64,000 bases of DNA, from the NCBI GenBank assembly GCA_963836075.1, contig CAWIIB010000001.1, positions 544,001 to 608,000 of the forward strand. Direction: 5' to 3'. Position numbers and translations under genes: made by a program. The notes under the pieces are model-generated. The model had not been told where the DNA came from, made no database searches, and saw only the letters and a program-made list of their open reading frames with translations. The stretch comes from an uncultured Acidobacteriota bacterium. GTDB lineage: Bacteria; Acidobacteriota; JAQAZP01. Positions 30,715-40,533 of the stretch are shown piece by piece; the first letter of the stretch is position 1; every line of letters starts with the position of its first letter.

Positions 30715-32057
30715 CAGCCGGCCCCCCCGTCCTCGTCGTTGCCGTCCGCCTCGGGTTCCAGCAGGGCCACGGTTCGTCCTGCCGGATCGAAAAGCCGGCG
30801 TGCCGTCTCGATGATCAGCTCCCCGTCCACCTCGTCCAGCCTGGCAAAAAAGTGATCGAGAAAATCGAGACCGCCCACCATCACCGAACGGCCGAGCAGG
30901 TAGGACTGGTCTTCCAGCGACTGGCCGGCCAGCAGCATGTTCATCCAGATCTGCCGCCGGGCCCGGCGGATCTCCTCGTCCTCCACCCGTTCCCGGCACA
31001 GCAGGTCCAGCTCTTCCTGCAGGGCGGCCTCCAGCCGCTCCAGCTCCACACCGGGACGGGCCTGGCCGCAGAGCTCCATCAGGAAAGGCAGCCGGGAGGG
31101 CAGGAAGCTGAACCAGGCCTCGGTGGCCAGCTGGTCCCGCTGGATCACCCGGCGGAAGATCCGCGAACTCTTGCCGTAGCTCAGCAGGTTGTTGAGCACC
31201 AGCAGCACGTAGGAGTCGGGGTGTCCCATGGGCGGCGCCTGGTAGTTTATCTTGACCTCCGGCAGGTGTGCCGGCAGCCTGAGCTTGATCCGCCCGCCGC
31301 TTTCGCCGCTGGGGGTGAAGCTGCCGGCCGTTTCCGGCGGGAGGCTGCTGGCGATGGTGGAGGTTCCGCCTGGACTGCCGGGGAAGCGGTCCTCCACCGC
31401 GGCCAGCGCGCGCTCCGTCTCCACGTCGCCGGTGATCACCAGCAGCGCGTTCCCCGGGCGGTAGTATTGGCGGTAAAAGGCGATCATCTCCTCCCGCTGC
31501 ACCTCCTGCAGGTCGCGCAGCGAGCCGATGACCCCGCAGCTGTACGGGCTGTCCGGCAGCGCCGCCAGCAGGGCCGCCTCCTCCAGCAGGAAACTGGGGT
31601 CGTCCTCGCTGATCATCCGCTCCTGGATCACCACCTGCCTCTCGGCCTCGAACTCGTCCGGTGGAAAGAGGCAGCCGTCCATCTGGCTGGCCAGGATCTC
31701 CAGGGCGATCTCCCAGCGGTCGCAGGCAAAGTTGAAGACATAGTAGGTGTGGTCGAGGTCGGTGTAGGCATTGTTCGAGCCCCCGTTGCGGTCGCAGATC
31801 AGGTCCACGTCGCCCTTGGCGAAACGGTCGGTGCCCTTGAACACCATGTGCTCGAGAAAGTGGGCCAGCCCCGAACGCCCGGCGGGCCGGTGCGCCCCGC
31901 CGGCCTGGTACCAGAGGGTGATATTGACCCCGGGTATGGAGTCCACCTCCTTGACCAGCAGACGGAGGCCCGAGGCGGTGGTGTGGCTGGTGAACCGGCG
32001 GGCATTGTGCAGCACCAGGCTGCTGAACGGGCTGCGCTCCCCCCCGTCGCCCCTCAC
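30714..32057 (-). CDS. M16 family zinc peptidase, catalytic subunit
   Basis: GLAHFLEHMVFKGT, NAYT..D.T.Y, ER.VV..ER, YRPGNA.L...GD. Confidence 0.9.
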   Translation of the reverse strand: MRGDGGERSPFSSLVLHNARRFTSHTTASGLRLLVKEVDSIPGVNITLWYQAGGAHRPAGRSGLAHFLEHMVFKGTDRFAKGDVDLICDRNGGSNNAYTDLDHTYYVFNFACDRWEIALEILASQMDGCLFPPDEFEAERQVVIQERMISEDDPSFLLEEAALLAALPDSPYSCGVIGSLRDLQEVQREEMIAFYRQYYRPGNALLVITGDVETERALAAVEDRFPGSPGGTSTIASSLPPETAGSFTPSGESGGRIKLRLPAHLPEVKINYQAPPMGHPDSYVLLVLNNLLSYGKSSRIFRRVIQRDQLATEAWFSFLPSRLPFLMELCGQARPGVELERLEAALQEELDLLCRERVEDEEIRRARRQIWMNMLLAGQSLEDQSYLLGRSVMVGGLDFLDHFFARLDEVDGELIIETARRLFDPAGRTVALLEPEADGNDEDGGAG

Positions 32058-34258
32058 CGGCTGCTCCCCGCCCCGGCGGAGACCCGCGGCGGCGTGTGGT
32101 CCACCTTCATGATGAACAGCGTCAGGTCGTCGTGTAGCCGCTCCTTCTCCTTGAAGTTGTTCACCGCGTTGAGCAGCGCCAGCTTGATCTCATCGGCCGA
32201 GCAATGCCGGTTATCGACCATCACCTGGTCCAGGCGACCCTCACCGAACTCCTCGCCGTCCCCGGCCTGGGCCTCCACCAGCCCGTCACTGAAGAAGAGG
32301 AAGATATCGCCTTCCCGGTAGGTCACCGTCTTGTCCCGGATCACGCGATCGAACAGACGCCCCTCCTCCAGGCCCAGCCCGATCCCGTCCGGGGTGATGA
32401 AGGTCCCCTTGCCGGCGTCTCCCGGCAGGTGGTAGAGCGGGCAGTGGCCGGCACGGGCCATCAGCAGGGTGGAGTCCCGGGGCGAGATCACGGCGTAGAG
32501 CAGGGTGATGAAGGTCCGGCGGTCCAGGTCCTTGTGCAGGATCTGGTTGACCCGGGAGAGCAGCGCCGACGGCTCTTCGTACATCGGCCCCAACCCCTGG
32601 AGAATGCCCTTGATCTCGGCCATGTAGAACGCCGCCGAGGTCCCCTTGCCCGAGACGTCGCCGATGGCCACCCCGAGGCGCTGCCGGTCCAGCGAGATAA
32701 AGTCGTAGTAGTCGCCGCCGACCTCGTAGGCCGGCAGGGAGAGGGCGTCCATGTCCAGCCCCTCGATCTGCGGGATGTGCATGGGCAGCAACCGCATCTG
32801 CACCTCCCGGGCGATCTTCAGCTCCTGCTCCATCCGTTCTTTCTCCAGCGAGGCCCGCACCAGCTTGGCGTTCTCGATGGAGACCACCGCCTGGTCGGCA
32901 AAGGCGGCCAGCGCCAGCAGATCCTCCCGCTCGAAAGCGTAGGTGTGGTCTTTCAGCGCGTAGAGTATTCCGATCACATTGCCCCGGGAAAGCAGCGGCG
33001 CGCAGACCAGCGAGCCGGCCTTGCGCCGCCAGCTCCGCAGGTCGGCCGACCGCCTGTCGGCGGCGATATCCTTGATCAGCGCCGGCTTCTGCTGGCGCAC
33101 GATCCACTGGCTGAGCGGGCTCACCGGGTGGTCCTGCTGCTGCCGCGCCGCTTCCTCGTCACCGATGCCGCTCCAGGCCACCAGCTCGAATCTTTCCGCG
33201 GTCTCGCTGCGCAGTTCCAGCCAGCAGGCGTGGGATTCGAGCACCCGGGAGGTGTGGGCAGTGATCATCTCCACCAGCTGATCCAAATCGAGGGTCGATT
33301 TCACCGCCCGGCCCAGATCGTGGAGCGAGGTGATCTCCTCCAGCTGGCGGTCGTGGGTCCCGGCGGTGGGCAGGTGGAGCAGCAGGCTGCCCGCGGCAAA
33401 CCCGGAGTAGACGGCGAGAAAGAGGCCGACCAGGCTGAAGAAGGTGCCGCAGACATAGCCGCAGCTGCCGGTGTAGCTGAACAGGGTGGAGCCGGAGATC
33501 ATGAAGATCGAACCGGTGAGGCAGAGCACCGAGAGGCCGAGGCAGCTCCACTTCTCCTTCTTGCTGGTGGCCTTGACCCAGGAGAGGCGAAAGGCATTGA
33601 CGATGATGAAGATGATGGCCAGGGCCTTGATCCCGTCCCGCACGTTCTGCAGGTAGCGGCCCCAGCTGGAGGACTCGGTGGATACGAAACCGATGCTCGG
33701 CGCCAGCACCAGGTCCAGCAGATAGACCAGGGCGAAGAAGACGAGGGTCAGGTGGAAGACCCGCGCGGTGTGCTTCTTGCGGTTGTGGTAGATCAGCTGC
33801 CGCAGACCGATGAGCACCACGATACAGCAGATGACGGCGGCGAATGCGGCACAGTCAAAGAGGACCTGCAGGGCCACCGCACCAACCCCGCCGGCGGCAT
33901 CCCACAGCTCGTACGAGGGGTAAATCTTTTCCAGCTCGAGGCTCCGGCCGCCGGAAAGGTGGTAGACGGCCAGGGTGGCAAAGAGAATGGCCAGCACGGC
34001 AAAGGTAAAGTTGCGGAACTGGAAGGCGGGCCGCGGATCGTTGACCCACGGCCGGTGCTGGAGCAGAGGAATCAGGGCGCCGAGGCCCAGCAGCAGCAGG
34101 GCTTCGCGGGGCAGCACCGCCACCAGTTCCATTACCCCCATGTCGGTGGCGGCAAAAAGCCCGTCCACGAAGATGACGATGCCGAGCAGGCAACCGGCGG
34201 CCAGAGGCGTAAAAAGCGTCTGCAGCCGGAGCTTCGCTGGTTCCGGGCGGTCAGTCAT
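32054..34258 (-). CDS. multi-TM + GAF + PP2C/SpoIIE (RsbU-like) phosphatase
   Basis: About 8 N-terminal TMs, a GAF domain ending FADQA..SIENA.L, then EL.IAREVQ..LLP, VGGDYYD, DVSGKG, SDGL.EA, DDLT. Confidence 0.9.
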   Translation of the reverse strand: MTDRPEPAKLRLQTLFTPLAAGCLLGIVIFVDGLFAATDMGVMELVAVLPREALLLLGLGALIPLLQHRPWVNDPRPAFQFRNFTFAVLAILFATLAVYHLSGGRSLELEKIYPSYELWDAAGGVGAVALQVLFDCAAFAAVICCIVVLIGLRQLIYHNRKKHTARVFHLTLVFFALVYLLDLVLAPSIGFVSTESSSWGRYLQNVRDGIKALAIIFIIVNAFRLSWVKATSKKEKWSCLGLSVLCLTGSIFMISGSTLFSYTGSCGYVCGTFFSLVGLFLAVYSGFAAGSLLLHLPTAGTHDRQLEEITSLHDLGRAVKSTLDLDQLVEMITAHTSRVLESHACWLELRSETAERFELVAWSGIGDEEAARQQQDHPVSPLSQWIVRQQKPALIKDIAADRRSADLRSWRRKAGSLVCAPLLSRGNVIGILYALKDHTYAFEREDLLALAAFADQAVVSIENAKLVRASLEKERMEQELKIAREVQMRLLPMHIPQIEGLDMDALSLPAYEVGGDYYDFISLDRQRLGVAIGDVSGKGTSAAFYMAEIKGILQGLGPMYEEPSALLSRVNQILHKDLDRRTFITLLYAVISPRDSTLLMARAGHCPLYHLPGDAGKGTFITPDGIGLGLEEGRLFDRVIRDKTVTYREGDIFLFFSDGLVEAQAGDGEEFGEGRLDQVMVDNRHCSADEIKLALLNAVNNFKEKERLHDDLTLFIMKVDHTPPRVSAGAGSSR

Positions 34259-34370
34259 GGGTCCTCTGTTCCGTCGGGGTCGTTCGCCTGCGAGTATACG
34301 AAGTGGCAGTGGATTCTGTCAAGACGTTGGAATTGTGGATCGTCATTGTAAGTGTTTTTATTTCCATATC

Positions 34371-35189
34371 TTAACCAGGCCTGGAGGACGGCGGCTTCAC
34401 AGTCCCCGGGGCACCCCCGGAGGCCTGGGCGTCACCGACATAGTGAACTTCCCCGTCGGGGCCGATGCGCATGGCCGTCTGCCGGGAGAGCCAGTCGGGC
34501 AGGACGTGAACCTCTCCCCCGCTGCCGTTGTCATCGTCGTAGCGCAGATAGAAGCGCTGGTGAAAGTGGCCCAGCACCACCACATCCGCCCCGCGGCAGA
34601 ACTGCCGGCGAGCATAGCGTTCGCACTGCCCATGGGGGAAATAGCTCCGGAACCGCCGGTTGGTGCCGCGCAGTTTCCGCTCCAGGCCGGCGGCCGCCCG
34701 CAGGGTCAGGCGCGGGGGGAGCAGGCGAAGCAGCAGTCTCACCGGCGTGCTGCGCACCAGCGCGTTCCAGGCCCGGTAGTTGTAGTCGACGCGGTTCAAG
34801 CGGTCGCCATGCACCATGACAAACCGCCGGCCGTTGCGATTGAGCACCAGTTCCCCCCCGGTGGCCAGGTGGAAGAGACGTCGGCCAAAGTGGTGCGCCA
34901 CGAACAGGTCGCGGTTTCCCTCGGCATAGAGCAGTTGAACGCCGCGACGGCGAAACTGTTCCAGGGCTTGCACCAGTCGGCGGTGGTATGGTTCCTGGAG
35001 GGCCGGCAGGCCGAGCCAGAGGTCGAATAGGTCGCCGAGAATGACGATGGTGCCGCAGCCGATGGCATGACGCTGCAGGAACTGGATAAACGTCTCCAGC
35101 GTGCCGGGATCTTCACCGTTGAGGTGGACATCGGAAACCACCAGGATATCCTGCAAAAACACGGGCTGTTTACCTCGACCCAAGACCAT
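34371..35189 (-). CDS. lpxH: UDP-2,3-diacylglucosamine hydrolase (metallophosphoesterase)
   Basis: SDVHL, LGDLFD.W, GNRD, HGD, GHFH. Confidence 0.8.
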   Translation of the reverse strand: MVLGRGKQPVFLQDILVVSDVHLNGEDPGTLETFIQFLQRHAIGCGTIVILGDLFDLWLGLPALQEPYHRRLVQALEQFRRRGVQLLYAEGNRDLFVAHHFGRRLFHLATGGELVLNRNGRRFVMVHGDRLNRVDYNYRAWNALVRSTPVRLLLRLLPPRLTLRAAAGLERKLRGTNRRFRSYFPHGQCERYARRQFCRGADVVVLGHFHQRFYLRYDDDNGSGGEVHVLPDWLSRQTAMRIGPDGEVHYVGDAQASGGAPGTVKPPSSRPG

Positions 35190-35214
35190 CCCCCCACGTC
35201 ATCATAAGCACCCC

Positions 35215-35277
35215 GGCCAGTGCACAGGAATGGGGTCTGACCCCATTCCTGTGCACTGGCCCCATTCTTCTGCACTG
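35215..35277. repeat. perfect 47-bp palindrome with a GGGGTCTGACCCC core, plus an adjacent imperfect direct repeat
   Basis: ggccagtgcacaggaatggggtc-t-gaccccattcctgtgcactggcc (35215-35261). ccccattcctgtgcactg recurs as ccccattcttctgcactg (35260-35277). Confidence 0.85.
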
Positions 35278-35346
35278 TGCATTGGGACCGGCAATTTTGA
35301 CAGGAAATTATAGGCTCTGGGGCAGCCGCGGGCAAGGAAGCCCGCA

Positions 35347-35375
35347 TTGAGCGGCGGCAGCGGTTTCGCTATACT
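35347..35375 (+). promoter_or_regulatory. putative sigma70 promoter
   Basis: TTGAGC-17-TATACT, 30 nt before ATG 35406. Confidence 0.5.
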
Positions 35376-35405
35376 GCAACGGAACCCGCAAACCTGTGGT
35401 ACGGC

Positions 35406-37004
35406 ATGAACCTACTGTGCAAGACCCCACCCGGATGTCCCATCCGCTGCCTGCCGTGGCTGCTGCCGGCCCTTCTCGTTCTGGGCCTGGCCTGCAGTTC
35501 CGAACGGCCGCCGGCCCCGGACAGCACTGCGCCTCCGGTGGTGATCGTGGCCCTGGACGGCCTCAGCTGGCAGGTGGCCGGACCGCTGGCAGACAGGGGC
35601 GAGATGCCGGTGCTGTCCGGCCTGGCCAGGGCCGGGGCCGCCGGCCGGCTGGAGACCGCCCGCCCCACCTGGACACCGCTTCTCTTCACCACCATGGCCA
35701 CCGGCAAAAAGCCCGGCGAACACGGCATCAGCACCTTTGTCAGCGACCAGGGCATCCCGCTGACCAGCAACCTGCGGCGGGTGCCGGCCCTGTGGACGAT
35801 CCTCACCGAACAGGGAACAGACTCCCTCTTTTTCGGCTGGCCGGTGACCTGGCCCGCCGAAGAGGTGTTGGGGGAGATGATCAGCGACCGCTGGCACAAG
35901 GCGACGGAGCACCAGGTCTTCCCCGCATCATCAGCGGAACTGCTGGGCCCGGACCTCCGGGCCTTCCGCGAACAGTGGTCCGAACCGCCGCCCGTGCTGC
36001 TGGACCTGGCCCGGCTGGCCACCCCGGACCGGGTCTCACCCTACCTCCACGGCTCATTCGAAGCCGGCGACGCAGCGCTGCCCGGGGAACCGGACCGCCT
36101 GGTGCAGTTGACCCGACAAAAGGTGGAGTCGGGGTTCCTCTGGAACGCAGCCCTGGACAGCGAGGTCAAACTGCCCCTCTTCCTCCGGCGGCTCGGGGCT
36201 GTGCGGCCGCGGCTGGCCGCCGTCTATTTCAACGCCACCGACATGGCCCAGCATTTCTTCGGCGGCGCCGACCGTCCGGGCACCGGCGCCGTGCCCGAGC
36301 GGAACGTGGCGGGACGGGAAGTGATCGAGGAAACCTACCGGGTCTACGACTGGATGCTGGGCCGGGTGGTGGCCGGTGTCCGGCAGGTGGATGGCTACGA
36401 AAACTGCATCTTTGTCGTCCTCTCCGACCACGGCATCGACCTGGCCTCCGGCCCGTCCGTGAGGCTGCGACCCCCGGCCGGCCAGGCGGACGGCCCCGGC
36501 TTTCTGAACAGCGTGATCGCCGACGGCGGCGCTGGCGGTCCGGCAACGCTGGAGCCCGGTCCGGACTGGTCCCGCATCACCTTCCCCCCCGGAACCGGCA
36601 TGGCCGGACGCAGCCGGCTGCTCAACCGGCTCGATCTGGCGGGGTGCGCTTTCCATCCCCAGGACGTCTTTCTCTACTTCGTCCACAACGAGGCGCCGGC
36701 GGGCGTGGTGGTGATCTCCGGCGGGCCGCTGGTGGGCGGGCAGTCCATCTCCGGCATGGGGGTGGAAGATGTGGCTCCCACCGTCCTGGCCCTGCTGGGA
36801 CTGCCGGTTGGTGCAGACATGGCCGGCCGGCCGGCCGGGCTGCTGCTGGAACAGGAAACCGGTGGTGAACCCCGGCCACTGACGGCGGAGATGATTCCGA
36901 CCTACGGAAGCGCACGGCCGGATGCCGGTGAGGGCGAGGCCATCAGCTCGCCGGAAGACCAGTCCATTCGCCAAGAGCTGCAGGCCCTGGGCTACATCGA
37001 GTAG
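35406..37004 (+). CDS. alkaline phosphatase superfamily (nucleotide pyrophosphatase/phosphodiesterase-like) lipoprotein
   Basis: Lipobox LGLAC, VALDG..W, PTWTP..FTT.ATGK.P.EHGI, D.AQH, SDHG, DVAPTVL.LLG, C-terminal L.ALGY. Confidence 0.8.
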   Translation: MNLLCKTPPGCPIRCLPWLLPALLVLGLACSSERPPAPDSTAPPVVIVALDGLSWQVAGPLADRGEMPVLSGLARAGAAGRLETARPTWTPLLFTTMATGKKPGEHGISTFVSDQGIPLTSNLRRVPALWTILTEQGTDSLFFGWPVTWPAEEVLGEMISDRWHKATEHQVFPASSAELLGPDLRAFREQWSEPPPVLLDLARLATPDRVSPYLHGSFEAGDAALPGEPDRLVQLTRQKVESGFLWNAALDSEVKLPLFLRRLGAVRPRLAAVYFNATDMAQHFFGGADRPGTGAVPERNVAGREVIEETYRVYDWMLGRVVAGVRQVDGYENCIFVVLSDHGIDLASGPSVRLRPPAGQADGPGFLNSVIADGGAGGPATLEPGPDWSRITFPPGTGMAGRSRLLNRLDLAGCAFHPQDVFLYFVHNEAPAGVVVISGGPLVGGQSISGMGVEDVAPTVLALLGLPVGADMAGRPAGLLLEQETGGEPRPLTAEMIPTYGSARPDAGEGEAISSPEDQSIRQELQALGYIE

Positions 37005-37240
37005 ACGCCATACATCTCTTTTATATCTATCATTTACAAAGATATTCGTCCGCCGTCCACAGCGCAATCCGGCTTTACAGCCATGGGATGGTGTGCTAAG
37101 GTTCTCACGTTTCAAACCTCCGGTTTCTCAGCCGGACACTCTTGAGGGAAGAAACGGTTTTCAGGTCGACTGCGCCACCTGCTCCGGGCGCAAACGGCGG
37201 CCGCACTGATTTTTATTTTTTCTCAACCATGAGGTGTACA

Positions 37241-38011
37241 ATGAAACACGCTTTTGCCTCCTGCCTTACCCTGTGTCTCCTGCTTCTGCTGGCCGGCGGT
37301 TGTGCCCAGGAGTCCGCGGAAGAGAGCGGTGCGGCCGACAGCGGCGCCGAACTTCTCGAGATCATGAGCATCCGCGACAATGCTGAAGAAGCCTACGCAG
37401 CGGCGGTGGCCGAACTGACGGCGGTGAATGAGGAGCCGGTGGATGGTGAACCGGTGGAGGAACCCGACCCGGCACTGATCGCCGAAGAGATGAAGCGGAT
37501 CGAGATGGACCGCGAAGGCCAGTACGAGGTGTTCACCGACCAGCTGGTGACCTACATCAACAACAATCCGGACAGCCAGGAAGCCAAGTCGGCCTACGCC
37601 GACTACCTGGCCAAGTTCGTGGCCCCGGCCTTTGTCAACGAACTGGGCAACTACATCAAGGCGGTGGAAGTGTATGACGAGGCGCTCTCCCTCGACCCGG
37701 AAAACGCCGAGATCCTCGCCCTGCGCGACCACGCGGCCTCCATGCGCTACATGACCCAGGAGCGCTTCGACACGGTCACCAAGGGGATGACCTACGAAGA
37801 GATCGAGGCGATCTGCGGCGTGGCCAATCCCAAGCACATCAAGGAAGAGATCAAGCGGGGCAAGACCCTGGTGGGCTGGTACTACCCCACCGAGGACCGC
37901 GGCGCGGCCGGCGTCTACTTCTCCGACGGCAAGGTCTACAACATGAAGTTCGACGCCATCAAGGCGCCCGAAGTGAAGAAGGCGGGCGACGGCGAAAAGG
38001 CCGCGGAATAG
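37241..38011 (+). CDS. lipoprotein with a TPR and a C-terminal SmpA/BamE-like domain
   Basis: Lipobox LAGGC; TPR GNYIKAVEVYDEALSLDPEN; F..V.KGMTYEEI..ICG and W.Y motifs; strongly biased codon usage; GAGGTG RBS. Confidence 0.7.
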   Translation: MKHAFASCLTLCLLLLLAGGCAQESAEESGAADSGAELLEIMSIRDNAEEAYAAAVAELTAVNEEPVDGEPVEEPDPALIAEEMKRIEMDREGQYEVFTDQLVTYINNNPDSQEAKSAYADYLAKFVAPAFVNELGNYIKAVEVYDEALSLDPENAEILALRDHAASMRYMTQERFDTVTKGMTYEEIEAICGVANPKHIKEEIKRGKTLVGWYYPTEDRGAAGVYFSDGKVYNMKFDAIKAPEVKKAGDGEKAAE

Positions 38012-38033
38012 CGGCAGTACGGCATGTTGAATC

Positions 38034-38069
38034 AAAAGGGGATTGCCGACGGCGGCAATCCCCTTTTTT
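38034..38069. terminator. bidirectional intrinsic terminator
   Basis: AAAAGGGGATTGCCG-acgg-CGGCAATCCCCTTTTTT between convergent genes. Confidence 0.85.
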
Positions 38070-38079
38070 CTGTGTGCGG

Positions 38080-38847
38080 TCAGCCCCGCAGAGCACTGAC
38101 CAGCCAGCGGGTGGAGAGTTCCACGGCCTGCTGCCGGGCCTGGGGGTCGGCGAAACGGTGGTCCCCGCCGGGGAAGACCTCCAGCTGTTTCGGCTCTCCG
38201 GCCAACCGGTGCAGCCGGACGGCATGGGCCAGGGGCACGATCTCGTCGTTCTCGCCATGGAGAAAGACCACGTTGTGCAGCAGGGGGGCCAGGGCCGGAA
38301 GGTCCGGGGTGTGCAGCGTGCGGTAAAACCCGGGCCCCAGGGCCGGCGGCGTGAACCCGTCGGCTTCACCGACGTCCTGCTGCTCCTTCTCCTCGTCGTG
38401 CAGGTCTTCGAAGGTCGCCGGGGCGGCCCAGGCGGCCACTGCGTCAACGCCCTTGTCCGTGGCGGCCACGCAGAGTGATGCGAAGCCCCCCATGGAACTG
38501 CCCATCAACCCGATCCGCTCCGAGCTCAACTCCTCCTGCCGCCTGACCCAGGTCACGGCCTCTTCCAGGTCGGTCACCCGGCTGGCCAGGGTGGTGTCGG
38601 TAAAATCACCGCCCGAGTCACCGCAGCCCATGCAGTCGTAGCGCAGGAAGGCCACACCGCTGCGGGCCAGGGACCGGCCCAGGTCTGCCAGTTTCTGGCT
38701 CTCCCGGTCGCTGTACAGCCCGTGCGAACCGACCACGATGGGCGGCCGCGCACCGGCGGCCGCTGCCGGCCGGTGCAGCAGACCGGTGAGCGTCCCCACC
38801 CGGCTCTCCATGCGCACCAGCTGTTCGGAACTCGACTCCCCGTTCAT
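38080..38847 (-). CDS. alpha/beta hydrolase
   Basis: HG, RYD..GCGDS.G, GSSMGG nucleophile elbow, HGENDE.VP, GGDH. Confidence 0.88.
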   Translation of the reverse strand: MNGESSSEQLVRMESRVGTLTGLLHRPAAAAGARPPIVVGSHGLYSDRESQKLADLGRSLARSGVAFLRYDCMGCGDSGGDFTDTTLASRVTDLEEAVTWVRRQEELSSERIGLMGSSMGGFASLCVAATDKGVDAVAAWAAPATFEDLHDEEKEQQDVGEADGFTPPALGPGFYRTLHTPDLPALAPLLHNVVFLHGENDEIVPLAHAVRLHRLAGEPKQLEVFPGGDHRFADPQARQQAVELSTRWLVSALRG

Positions 38848-39043
38848 CTGTCTCCCTCCAACGGAACCGGAATGAATGGTGACCGGCATCTATTCCGGGG
38901 TGTTCTGAATGTGGCCAGTGAATCAATGGTAGTGGATGCCCGAGGCTGTTGTCGAGCGGGAACACTTCCCCAGGGGCGGGGAACAGGGATATACTGTTTT
39001 TGACAACCGCCACCGTCACCCGCTACAGAGTGAGGACCATACA

Positions 39044-39394
39044 GTGAGCAGCGAACGCAAAACGATTCTCGAACCCGTGCCCAATCCCCGGCCCGGCCGG
39101 GACTACGAGGTGCGGACGGTGAGCCCCGAGTTCACCTGTCTCTGCCCCCGGACCGGCCAGCCCGATTTCGCCGCCATCGCCATCCGCTACGTGCCCGACC
39201 AGTGGATCGTCGAACTGAAGTCGCTGAAGCTCTACCTCCACTCCTATCGCGACGAAGGCGCCTTTCACGAAGCGGTGGCCAACAGCATCCTCGACGACCT
39301 GGTGGACGTCCTGGCCCCGCGCCGGATGACGGTCACCGCCGACTTCAACGTGCGCGGCGGGATCCACACCGTGGTCGAGGCCTCACACCCGTGA
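39044..39394 (+). CDS. queF: preQ0 (7-cyano-7-deazaguanine) reductase, short type
   Basis: [33 protein letters not shown]; GAGGA RBS before the GTG. Confidence 0.95.
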   Translation: MSSERKTILEPVPNPRPGRDYEVRTVSPEFTCLCPRTGQPDFAAIAIRYVPDQWIVELKSLKLYLHSYRDEGAFHEAVANSILDDLVDVLAPRRMTVTADFNVRGGIHTVVEASHP

Positions 39395-39399
39395 CGGTT

Positions 39400-40533
39400 A
39401 TGAGTCACAGCGAATCGAGCGGCACGCTTTTCTTCGTCGGCATCGAGGGAACCGGTCTCGACGCCGGGGAGGTCGACTTTCTGCAGCAACTCCGCCCGGG
39501 CGGAGTGATCCTGTTCAGCCGCAACGTGCAATCGCCCGAACAGGTGCAGAAACTGAACGCCGCACTGGGTGCCCTGCCCGGCGGCCCGCTGAACCGCGGG
39601 CCGCTGCTGGGCGTCGATCAGGAGTGGGGCCCGGTGAACCGGCTGGGCCGGCTCTTCCCCCACCTGCCAGCCGCCGGCGCCCTGGGCCGCGGAGCCGACG
39701 GCGACCGGGTGCGCGAGGCCGCGGCGCTCACCGGCCGCCTGCTCCGCCGCCTGGGCTTCCACCTCAACTTCGCGCCGGTGGTGGACCTCAGCGAGGAGGA
39801 CGCGCCCAACGGCATCGGCATCCGCTCCTTCGGCACCGACCCCGCGGCGGTGACCCGGTTGGCCGGCAGCTATCTCGACGGTCTCTCTGATGCCGGGGTG
39901 TCCGGCACGATCAAGCACTTCCCCGGCCTCGGCCGCACCGTGGTCGATTCGCACCAGGTCCTGCCGGTGGTCACCGAAGGACGGGAAGCGCTCTGGCGCC
40001 ACGACCTGCTGCCCTTCCGCCGCCTGCTGGCCGGCCGCCCCGGGGTGCCGGTGATGGTGGGCCACGGGTGGTACCCGGCCCTGGAACCGTCCGCCGCGCC
40101 GGGCACGGGCCGGCCGCTGCCCGCTTCCCTCTCGCCGGCGGTGGTCAGCGGACTTCTGCGGGGCACACTGGGTCACCAGGGCGTGGTGATCACCGACGAC
40201 CTGGAGATGGGCGCGGTGACCGGTGGAGCCGGCGGTGAAGAGGACCTCTTCGACGAAGCGGTGGGCATCAGGGCGCTGCTGGCCGGTGTGGACTGGATCC
40301 TGATCTGTCACAGCAAAGAGCGGATCCTCGCCGCCCGGCAGGAGCTGGACCGCGAGCTCCGGGGGTCGGCTGTTCTGCGCCGCATGGCCGGCGCCTCCCT
40401 GGAGCGGATCCGCGGCCTGGCCCACGGTCTGGAGAGCCAACGCGCCGCCGGCCCCCAGTCCCCCGCCGGCGGACTGGACACGCTGATCCGGGAGATGGAG
40501 GGCTGGCTGGACCGCTGGCAGCGGCCGGACTAA
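39400..40533 (+). CDS. nagZ: beta-N-acetylhexosaminidase (GH3)
   Basis: GGVILF.RN, DQE.G.V.R, NFAPVVD, KHFPG.G....DSH, ITDDLEMGA. Confidence 0.88.
   Translation: MSHSESSGTLFFVGIEGTGLDAGEVDFLQQLRPGGVILFSRNVQSPEQVQKLNAALGALPGGPLNRGPLLGVDQEWGPVNRLGRLFPHLPAAGALGRGADGDRVREAAALTGRLLRRLGFHLNFAPVVDLSEEDAPNGIGIRSFGTDPAAVTRLAGSYLDGLSDAGVSGTIKHFPGLGRTVVDSHQVLPVVTEGREALWRHDLLPFRRLLAGRPGVPVMVGHGWYPALEPSAAPGTGRPLPASLSPAVVSGLLRGTLGHQGVVITDDLEMGAVTGGAGGEEDLFDEAVGIRALLAGVDWILICHSKERILAARQELDRELRGSAVLRRMAGASLERIRGLAHGLESQRAAGPQSPAGGLDTLIREMEGWLDRWQRPD

Noticed and set aside
38890-39043. preQ1 riboswitch upstream of queF
   Set aside because: No recognisable preQ1 aptamer stem with an A-rich tail is visible.
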